This document shows, piece after piece, positions 18,382-25,581 of a DNA stretch of 33,687 nt (the first letter of the stretch is position 1; the number at the start of each line of letters is the position of its first letter). Source of the DNA: Acidimicrobiia bacterium. GTDB lineage: Bacteria > Actinomycetota > Acidimicrobiia > IMCC26256 > PALSA-610. Position numbers and translations under genes: made by a program. The notes under the pieces were generated by a model, which had not been told where the DNA came from, did not search any database, and saw nothing but the letters and a program-made list of their open reading frames with translations. The stretch is from NCBI GenBank assembly GCA_035996165.1, contig DASYJT010000305.1, forward strand, positions 1 to 33,687. The letters are read 5' to 3'.

Positions 18382-19514
18382 CCGCCAACAACGAACTGAT
18401 CGGCCGCGACGAGATCAACGACCTCGAGGCGATCCTTTCCGTCAGCAACACCGATGTCGACGCCGTCGACCACAACGTGACCGCGAACTTCGACACGGTG
18501 TTCACGTGGGACTACGAGCGCAGTCGTCCTCCGCTCGGCAAGCTCTACGAGAAGGCGAAGACGTCGCAGTGGAACGTCACCACCGACCTCGACTGGTCCA
18601 CGCCCGTCGACCAGGAAGCGCTCGCCCTCAACGAGATGAACCGCGAGGATGTGCGGTTCTTCGCCGAAGGCGTCGACCTCTCGGGCACGCCGTTCGCGAA
18701 GTGGACCGAGAAGGAATGGGTCGAGCTCGCGATCGAGGGCCAGAACTGGACGCTGTCGCAGTTCCTGCACGGTGAGCAGGGCGCGCTGCTCTGCACCGCG
18801 CGCATCGTCGAGACCGTCCCGTGGATCGACGCGAAGTACTACGCCGCGACCCAGGTCGTCGACGAGGCCCGCCACGTGGAGGTCTTCGCCAAGTACCTCG
18901 ACGAGAAGCTCTCGGGTCACTACCCGATCAACGCGCACCTCGAGCTGCTGCTCGACGACATCCTCGGCGACAGCCGCTGGGACATGACCTACCTCGGCAT
19001 GCAGATCATGGTCGAGGGTCTTGCCCTCGCCGCGTTCGGCTTCATGCACCAGATGACGACCGAGCCGCTGTTGAAGCAGCTGCTGCGTTATGTCATGAGC
19101 GACGAGGCGCGTCACGTCGCGTTCGGCGTGCTCTCCTTGCAGGAGTACTACAAGGAGCTCACCGACGCGGAGATGAAGGACCGCCAGGAGTTCGCGTTCG
19201 AGGCCGCGGTGCGGATGCGCGACCGGTTCCTGCAGCAAGAGGTCTGGGACCGCATGGGCGTGCCGGTGAAGGACGCGCTGGAGCTCGTCATGGCCGACGA
19301 GGGCCGCAAGATGTTCCAGAACATCCTGTTCTCCAAGATCGTGCCGAACTGCAAGAAGCTCGGACTGCTCGACCGCAACCAGGGTTGGCTCCGTGAGCGC
19401 TTCACCGAGCTCGGTGTAATCCAATTCGAGGACTGGGTCGACACCGGCGAGGAATACGCCATGCTCGACGAGGTCTCCAAAGACCGCGAAGCCCAAGCCG
19501 CCGCCGGCGCGTAG
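18378..19514 (+). CDS. ferritin-like diiron-carboxylate protein (oxygenase/desaturase-like, substrate unknown)
   Basis: Two E-x(~30)-DEARH motifs: GEQGALL...VVDEARHVEVF and MVEGLALAAF...MSDEARHVAFG. This is the canonical (E...ExxH)x2 ligand set of the diiron four-helix bundle. ATG 18378 overlaps the TetR stop. Confidence 0.7.
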   Translation: MTANNELIGRDEINDLEAILSVSNTDVDAVDHNVTANFDTVFTWDYERSRPPLGKLYEKAKTSQWNVTTDLDWSTPVDQEALALNEMNREDVRFFAEGVDLSGTPFAKWTEKEWVELAIEGQNWTLSQFLHGEQGALLCTARIVETVPWIDAKYYAATQVVDEARHVEVFAKYLDEKLSGHYPINAHLELLLDDILGDSRWDMTYLGMQIMVEGLALAAFGFMHQMTTEPLLKQLLRYVMSDEARHVAFGVLSLQEYYKELTDAEMKDRQEFAFEAAVRMRDRFLQQEVWDRMGVPVKDALELVMADEGRKMFQNILFSKIVPNCKKLGLLDRNQGWLRERFTELGVIQFEDWVDTGEEYAMLDEVSKDREAQAAAGA

Positions 19515-19571
19515 GTCGTTCAGGCCCATCCGCGCGGACATGGGCACGCTCCGCTGTAGCGTGCCGGGTTG

Positions 19572-21233
19572 ATGTCGGTCCGGATCGTTTTTCTCGGCGG
19601 CCTCGGCGAAATTGGCCGGAACTGCTTCTGCCTGGAAGTCGACGGCCGCATCCTGGTCGTCGACTGCGGGATCATGTTCCCGGATGCCGACATGCCGGGC
19701 ATCGACCTCGTCCTGCCCGACTTCACGTACCTGCGCGACAACGCGGATCGCGTCGAGGCCGTCATCCTCACCCACGCGCACGAGGACCACGCCGGCGGTC
19801 TCGCCTTCTTACTCCGTGATATCTCCGTGCCGATCTACGGCTCCGCGCTCTCCCTCGCGCTCGCCCGGAACCGGATCGAGGAAGCGGGGATGCTCGACCG
19901 CACCGAGTTCATCACCGTGCTCGACGGCGAGCGCCGCCGCATCGGGCCGATCGATTGTCAGTTCATCCCCGTCACCCACTCGGTGCCCCATGGTTTCGCG
20001 GTCGCGTATTTCACCCCCGAAGGCACGATCATCCACACCGGCGACTTCAAGCTCGACCTCACACCGATCGACGGACGGCACACCGACCTCGCGTTGCTCG
20101 GCGAGCTCGCGCGCCGCGACGGCGGGATTCGCCTCCTGCTCTCCGACTCGACGAACGCGGAACGCCCGGGCTTCACGCCGTCCGAGGCGACGGTCGGCAC
20201 CGCCATGCGTGCGTTGTTCCGCGAGCATGGCGAAAAGCGGTTCATCATCGCGAGCTTCGCGTCGCACCTTCACCGCGTCGAGCAGGTCGCGCAGGCCGCG
20301 GTCGCGCACGGCCGCAAAGTCGCATTCGTGGGTCGGTCGATGCTGCAAAACGTGTCGATGGCGCGTGAGCGCGGCTTCATCGACCTGCCCGCGTACGCGG
20401 TGATCGACATCGAGGAGACGGCGCGGTACGCGCCCGGCGATGTGTGCATTATCTGTACCGGCTCGCAGGGTGAGCCGATGAGCGCACTTTCTCTGATGGC
20501 CGCGCACGAACACAAGCACGTGAAGATCTCCGACGACGACGTCGTGGTGATCAGTGCGCACGCGATCCCGGGTAACGAGTCGAACGTGTCGCGCGTGATC
20601 GACTCTCTTTACCGCGCCGGCGCCGAGGTGGTACACGACCGCGCCGCCCCCGTACACGTCTCGGGTCACGCGTCGCAAGAAGAGTTGAAGTTCATGCTGA
20701 GTCTCCTTTCTCCGGAATGGTTCGTCCCGGTGCACGGCGAGTACCGCCATCTCGTGCATCACGCGCAACTGGCGCACGAGGTCGGCGTATCCGACGACAA
20801 CGTGCTCGTCTGCGAGGACGGCGATGTCGTCACCCTGAGCGAAGAGGGTGCCGAGGTCGAACGCCGCGGCGTCCCGGCGGGATACATGTACGTCGACGGG
20901 ATTGTCGGCGACGTCAGCCGCGGCGTGTTGCGCGATCGGCGCATGTTGTCGGAGGAAGGTGTCGTCGTCGTGATCGTGACGGTCGATGCCGCGACCGGTG
21001 AGATCGTCACCGGTCCCGAGATCGTTACCCGCGGGTGGGTCTATGCGCCCGAAGCGGAGGACCTCATCGAAGACGCCAAGGCGGTGGTCCGGGAGTCGAT
21101 CGCAAAGGCGGCCAAGGAAGGCGCCACCGACTTCGAGACCATGCGTAGGCATTGTCGCAAGTCGCTGGCGCGCTTCATCGACGAGCGCACGCGGCGCCGG
21201 CCGCAGGTGATCCCCGTCGTCATGGAAGTCTGA
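19572..21233 (+). CDS. rnj: ribonuclease J
   Basis: Metallo-beta-lactamase/beta-CASP protein with VRIVFLGGLGEIGRNCFCLEV and the HxHxDH motif THAHEDHAGGL. 553 aa. Confidence 0.95.
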   Translation: MSVRIVFLGGLGEIGRNCFCLEVDGRILVVDCGIMFPDADMPGIDLVLPDFTYLRDNADRVEAVILTHAHEDHAGGLAFLLRDISVPIYGSALSLALARNRIEEAGMLDRTEFITVLDGERRRIGPIDCQFIPVTHSVPHGFAVAYFTPEGTIIHTGDFKLDLTPIDGRHTDLALLGELARRDGGIRLLLSDSTNAERPGFTPSEATVGTAMRALFREHGEKRFIIASFASHLHRVEQVAQAAVAHGRKVAFVGRSMLQNVSMARERGFIDLPAYAVIDIEETARYAPGDVCIICTGSQGEPMSALSLMAAHEHKHVKISDDDVVVISAHAIPGNESNVSRVIDSLYRAGAEVVHDRAAPVHVSGHASQEELKFMLSLLSPEWFVPVHGEYRHLVHHAQLAHEVGVSDDNVLVCEDGDVVTLSEEGAEVERRGVPAGYMYVDGIVGDVSRGVLRDRRMLSEEGVVVVIVTVDAATGEIVTGPEIVTRGWVYAPEAEDLIEDAKAVVRESIAKAAKEGATDFETMRRHCRKSLARFIDERTRRRPQVIPVVMEV

Positions 21234-21245
21234 AAGCCTGGGCCG

Positions 21246-22013
21246 GTGAGTATCGACATCGACCTTTCGGGTCGCCGCGCGCTGGTGACCGGTGGCGGCA
21301 ACGGCGTGGGGACCGAGATCTGCGCGGCGCTCGTGCGCGCCGGCGCGTTCGTGTGGGTCAACGACATCTATGAAGACCGCGCCGCCGCGGTGGCGGCCGA
21401 TCTCGGGGGCGACGCGCACGCGAAACCCGTGAAGGCCGACGTGACGAGTCCGCTCAAGATCACGCGCATGCGCGACGCGACGGGCCCGGTCGACATTCTC
21501 GTCAACAACGCGGGCATCCCGACCTCTGGGTTCGGCGACTTGAAGCTCTTCGTCGACACGCATCCCGAAGATTGGGAATCCGCGATGCGACTCAACCTCG
21601 GTGCGGTTTTGCACGTCACCCACGCGTACGTGGGTGCGATGGTCGAGGCGGGGTGGGGACGGATCGTCACGATCGTCTCCGACGCCGGCCGGCGCGGTGA
21701 CCGCTTCCAGGCCATCTACGGCTCGGCCAAGGCGGGTGCGATGGGTTTCGTGCGCGGCCTCGCGGCCGAGGTCGGCGCGCACGGTGTGACTGCGAACTGC
21801 GTGGCGCTCGGCACCATGAGGACGGGTCCGACCGAGGAGGCGTTGGCGCAGAACCCCGCGCTCGAGGCCAAGCTCGCCCGCCCCTACACGATTCCCCGGC
21901 TCGGGCTCCCGGCCGATCCGGCGCCGCTCGTCGCGCTTTTGTGCAGCGACGCCGGCTCCTGGATAACGGGCCAGGTGTATCCCGTCGACGGCGGCTACGC
22001 CTCGGCCCTCTAG
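21246..22013 (+). CDS. SDR family oxidoreductase (FabG-like)
   Basis: TGGGNGVG cofactor motif, NNAG, and the catalytic YGSAK (YxxxK). Confidence 0.88.
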   Translation: MSIDIDLSGRRALVTGGGNGVGTEICAALVRAGAFVWVNDIYEDRAAAVAADLGGDAHAKPVKADVTSPLKITRMRDATGPVDILVNNAGIPTSGFGDLKLFVDTHPEDWESAMRLNLGAVLHVTHAYVGAMVEAGWGRIVTIVSDAGRRGDRFQAIYGSAKAGAMGFVRGLAAEVGAHGVTANCVALGTMRTGPTEEALAQNPALEAKLARPYTIPRLGLPADPAPLVALLCSDAGSWITGQVYPVDGGYASAL

Positions 22014-22083
22014 CGTCTCGGCCCCGACTCCAGGTCCGCGATGATCCCCTTGGGGCCAGTGTTGCCGGTGTTAGGTTTGCCGT

Positions 22084-24570
22084 ATGGCTTCGCGCCGACA
22101 GTCCAAGTCCGCGCGCGCTAAGAAGCGCGCCAAGGCCCGCGTTCGGACCCGAGCCGCCTGGCGGGACGAGCTCACCGAGCAACTCGCAGACCATCGCATC
22201 GACGCGCTGGCCATCGGCCTGACCGTCTTCGGCCTCCTGAGCCTGCTCGCGATCTTCTCCGACGTCGTCGGCCCGGTCGGTCGGGGGATCGATGCCGCCG
22301 CGGCCGGCCTCCTCGGTCGGGGCAAGGTTCTCGTGCCGCTCGCGTCGCTGGCCGCCGCCGCGTCCGCGGTCGTGCAGCGCCGCAGCGACGAAGACGACGA
22401 AGAGGTCGCGAAGCGGGGGCTGCGGTTCGGGCTCGGTCTCGTCTTGGTCTGCGGCGCCGTCGTCGGGGGCCTGCACCTCGGGCGCGCGAGGGCCGCGAGC
22501 GGAAGTCTCGAGCCGCTGAAGCTCGCGGGTGGCGTGATCGGCGCCGCCATCGGCGCGCCGCTGCGCGCGGGCCTCGGTAGCGCGGGCGCGGTCATCGTGC
22601 TCGTTGCCGTCGGCGTGCTCGGCGTATTACTGGTCGTGGGAACGGGCGTCCGCCAGATTGTGCAATCGGTCGCGACGGGCGGCCGGTTCGTCGCGCGGCA
22701 CGCTGCCTCGATCCTGACCTTGCCGTCGGAGCGCGCCGATGGTGCGACGACCCCGATCGACGCCGCCACGACGGCTCCCGCTCGCCGGGCGGTGCTCTTC
22801 GACCAACTCGACGAAGAGCCTGTGCTCGATCTGGTCAGCGCGGAGGAAGAGCTCGAAGACGAGTACGAGTACGAGGACGAAGTCGAGGAATACGAGGAAG
22901 AAGAGTACGAAGAAGAAGAAGAAGAAGAGGAAGAAGGCGACGAAGAAGAGGAAGACGGCGAGTACGCGGAGGAAGACCTCGAGGAATACGACGAGGAAGA
23001 AGAAGACGAAGAAGCCGAAGACGAAGGCGAAGAGGAGTCCGAGGAGGAAGAAGACGAGGAAGAGGGCGCGGAGGAAGCCGGCGTCCGCCCGGTCCCCAAG
23101 GTCGCCTGGAAGCTTCCCGCGACCAGCCTGCTCAAGAAGAGCGAGAAGCGCGAGATCGACACCCGCATGGTCAAACAGGGTGGCGACGTGCTCGAAGCGA
23201 CAATGCGCGAGTTTGGTGTCGACGCCCGGCTGATCGACGCGACCGTCGGGCCCACCGTGACGCGCTACGAGCTCGAGCTCGCGGCCGGCGTCAAGGTGAG
23301 CAAAGTCACCAGTCTCTCCAAAGAGATCGCGTACGCGATGGCGAGCCACGACGTCCGCATCCTCGCCCCGATCCCCGGCCGGAGCGCGATCGGCGTCGAG
23401 GTGCCGAACAAGATGCGCCCGATCGTGACGCTGGGCGACATCCTCAGCAGTCCCGAGGCGAAGAAGACGAAACACCCGCTCGAGGTGAGCATGGGCCGCG
23501 ACATCGCGGGTCGTGCCGTGTTCGCGAACCTCGCCACCTTCCCGCACGTGCTCATCGCGGGCCAGACGGGCGCGGGCAAGTCGAGCTGTATCAACACGAT
23601 CGTCACGTCGATCCTCATGCGCACGACCCCCGACGAGGTGCGCTTGATCCTCGTCGACCCCAAGCGCGTCGAGATGGGTCAGTACAACAACGTGCCGCAC
23701 CTCCTCACCGAGGTCGTGACGAATCCGAAGAAGGCCGCCAACGCGCTCGATTGGGCCGTGCGCGAGATGGAGATGCGCTACGACCTCCTCGCCGACATCG
23801 GCGTGCGCGACATAACCGGTTACAACGCGATGTACGACAAGGGCGACATCCCGACCGCCGACGATCCCGATCCCGACACGGGCAAGGCATACGAGCGGCT
23901 TCCGTTCATTGTCGTGGTCGTCGACGAGCTCGCCGACCTCATGATGGTCGCGGCGCGCGACGTCGAGACGAGCATCTGCCGCCTCGCGCAGATGGCGCGC
24001 GCGGTCGGCATCCATCTCGTGATCGCGACGCAACGCCCGTCGGTCGACGTGATCACCGGTGTCATCAAGGCGAACATCCCGAGCCGCATCGCGTTCAGCG
24101 TGAGCACGCTCGCCGACTCCCGCGTCATCCTCGACCAACAGGGTGCGGAGAAGCTGATCGGCAAAGGCGACATGTTGTTGTTGAACGCGTCGTCGAGCCG
24201 GGCCGACCGTATCCAGGGCGCGTGGGTCGACGAAGACTGTGTGCGCAAGGTCGTCGCGCACTGGAAGCGCCAGGTCGTCGCGCCTCAGTACGTGGAGGGG
24301 ATCCAGGGCGCCGAGGGTGCGGCTGGTCAGCGTCGCTCGGACTCCGACGAGACCGACGACCTGCTCGCCGAAGCGATGGAGCTCGTCGTCAGCAGTGGTC
24401 TCGGCTCGACGAGCATGCTGCAGCGCAAGCTGCGAGTCGGGTTCGCCCGGGCCGGGCGACTCATGGATCTACTCGAACGCCGGGGTGTGGTCGGTCCTTC
24501 CGAGGGATCGAAGGCCCGCTCGGTGCTCATGAGCATGGACGAGCTGGAAGAGCTCAAAGAACGAAGCTGA
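22084..24570 (+). CDS. ftsK: DNA translocase FtsK/SpoIIIE
   Basis: N-terminal TM helices, an acidic linker, and a motor domain with Walker A GQTGAGKSS and Walker B VVVVDELADLMM. The C-terminal gamma winged helix reads LGSTSMLQRKLRVGFARAGRLMDLLERRGVVGP. Confidence 0.96.
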   Translation: MASRRQSKSARAKKRAKARVRTRAAWRDELTEQLADHRIDALAIGLTVFGLLSLLAIFSDVVGPVGRGIDAAAAGLLGRGKVLVPLASLAAAASAVVQRRSDEDDEEVAKRGLRFGLGLVLVCGAVVGGLHLGRARAASGSLEPLKLAGGVIGAAIGAPLRAGLGSAGAVIVLVAVGVLGVLLVVGTGVRQIVQSVATGGRFVARHAASILTLPSERADGATTPIDAATTAPARRAVLFDQLDEEPVLDLVSAEEELEDEYEYEDEVEEYEEEEYEEEEEEEEEGDEEEEDGEYAEEDLEEYDEEEEDEEAEDEGEEESEEEEDEEEGAEEAGVRPVPKVAWKLPATSLLKKSEKREIDTRMVKQGGDVLEATMREFGVDARLIDATVGPTVTRYELELAAGVKVSKVTSLSKEIAYAMASHDVRILAPIPGRSAIGVEVPNKMRPIVTLGDILSSPEAKKTKHPLEVSMGRDIAGRAVFANLATFPHVLIAGQTGAGKSSCINTIVTSILMRTTPDEVRLILVDPKRVEMGQYNNVPHLLTEVVTNPKKAANALDWAVREMEMRYDLLADIGVRDITGYNAMYDKGDIPTADDPDPDTGKAYERLPFIVVVVDELADLMMVAARDVETSICRLAQMARAVGIHLVIATQRPSVDVITGVIKANIPSRIAFSVSTLADSRVILDQQGAEKLIGKGDMLLLNASSSRADRIQGAWVDEDCVRKVVAHWKRQVVAPQYVEGIQGAEGAAGQRRSDSDETDDLLAEAMELVVSSGLGSTSMLQRKLRVGFARAGRLMDLLERRGVVGPSEGSKARSVLMSMDELEELKERS
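22840..23079 (+). repeat. GAR-codon low-complexity tract encoding the poly-Glu/Asp/Tyr linker of FtsK
   Basis: Residues 253-332 read AEEELEDEYEYEDEVEEYEEEEYEEEEEEEEEGDEEEEDGEYAEEDLEEYDEEEEDEEAEDEGEEESEEEEDEEEGAEEA. This forms a local purine-rich, lower-GC island. Confidence 0.9.
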
Positions 24571-24600
24571 GGGCGACGCTTCGTTGCGCCGCCCTCAGCT
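24565..24600. terminator. bidirectional stem-loop between convergent ftsK and small membrane protein gene
   Basis: 11-bp stem AGCTGAGGGCG / CGCCCTCAGCT overlapping the ftsK stop codon. An alternative inner pairing AACGAAGC / GCTTCGTT exists. There is no clear U-tract. Confidence 0.5.
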
Positions 24601-24623
24601 CGTCATCAATGCCGTGCCGGTAT

Positions 24624-24950
24624 CTACGCGGCGCGGACCCGCGGTGTGTGCTCGCCGAGCGTCTCGTCAGCGGTGGCACGGTCGTGAGTCAGGTACCCGA
24701 ACAGTGCCCGCCACGGCACGGTCATGCCGGCGACGACGAAGCCGGTGACCCACACGCCGACGGTGTCATTGCGGATGCCGACGCCGAAGCCGCGGAAGAC
24801 CGAGTAGTCGATCAACACGGTGGCGCCGACGCCGATGACGAACGTCGCCAGCGAGCGCATGTTGCGCAGCTGCGGGATCGCGTCCGACAAGAAGTCGACG
24901 AGCTTCAAAGTTGCGAGTGCGAGCAACGCGACAATCGCGAAGTCGTACAT
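24624..24950 (-). CDS. small hypothetical membrane protein (about 3 TM segments)
   Basis: ATG is preceded by AGGAGG with a 6-nt spacer. Hydrophobic segments are FAIVALLALATLKLV, LATFVIGVGATVLI and VWVTGFVVAGMTV. Divergent from the ECF sigma gene. Confidence 0.7.
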   Translation of the reverse strand: MYDFAIVALLALATLKLVDFLSDAIPQLRNMRSLATFVIGVGATVLIDYSVFRGFGVGIRNDTVGVWVTGFVVAGMTVPWRALFGYLTHDRATADETLGEHTPRVRAA

Positions 24951-25104
24951 CTGCCACCTCCTGGTGACTCCAGGACTGCCTCATGCGGTCCTCGAGGGCT
25001 CAGACCGGAGTGCCCACAAAATGGTTACGCGTTTCCCGGCGAGTAGCGAGGGCGACAGAGAGAAGATGTGACACTTCTTTGTTCGTGAGGGGTCTAGACA
25101 GGTA

Positions 25105-25581
25105 ATGGGGGCGATGTCGGAGACCGGGACTGCGGAGGAGCGGTTCTCCCGCTTTGTCTCGGATGTCGAGCCGCGCCTGCGGCGGGCTCTGGTGGCCTTC
25201 TACGGAGTCGAGGTCGGGTGCGAGGTGACGGCCGACGCGCTCGAGGTGGCGTGGCAGCGTTGGGACTCGCTCGAGGTGATGGCGAATCCCGTCGGATACC
25301 TCTTCCGCGTCGCGCAATCGCGAAGCCGCCGTTACCGGCGACGGATGCCGGTGCTCCCGTCCGTGCCGGTCGCCGAGTTCCCCGACATCGACCCGCGCCT
25401 GCCGCGAGCGCTCGCCCGGCTCTCGAACCAGCAGCGCGCGGCGGTGGTGCTCGTGCACGCGCACGACTGGACGTTGGCCGAGACCGCCGAAGCGCTCGGC
25501 TGCGGCGTGTCGACCGTGCGGAACCACCTCGACCGCGGGATGCGCCGTCTGCGCGTGTCTCTGGGAGGCGACGATGCGTGA
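25105..25581 (+). CDS. ECF-type RNA polymerase sigma factor (sigma-70 regions 2 and 4)
   Basis: Region 2-like is ALEVAWQRWDSLEVMANPVGYLFRVAQSRSRR. Region 4 HTH is LSNQQRAAVVLVHAHDWTLAETAEALGCGVSTVRNHLDRGMRRLR. An alternative start is ATG 25114. Confidence 0.85.
   Translation: MGAMSETGTAEERFSRFVSDVEPRLRRALVAFYGVEVGCEVTADALEVAWQRWDSLEVMANPVGYLFRVAQSRSRRYRRRMPVLPSVPVAEFPDIDPRLPRALARLSNQQRAAVVLVHAHDWTLAETAEALGCGVSTVRNHLDRGMRRLRVSLGGDDA

Noticed and set aside
19543-19565. Hairpin GGCACGCT-N7-AGCGTGCC just upstream of the rnj start as an autoregulatory element
   Set aside because: It is a plausible terminator for the diiron gene or a leader structure. An 8-bp stem alone is not enough to claim regulation.
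8627-19571. The dapB-rnj insert as a mobile genomic island
   Set aside because: I found no integrase, transposase or tRNA attachment site, and noticed no flanking direct repeats or clear compositional shift. The genes are ordinary metabolic and transport functions.
17925-21782. Long minus-strand ORFs 17925..19790 and 19809..21782
   Set aside because: They are antisense to the TetR, diiron, RNase J and SDR genes. Their composition is low-complexity R/D/V/G-rich with no recognisable domains.
22840-23079. Repetitive GAA/GAG tract as a CRISPR array or satellite
   Set aside because: It is in frame inside ftsK and encodes the acidic linker. There are no unit repeats with unique spacers.
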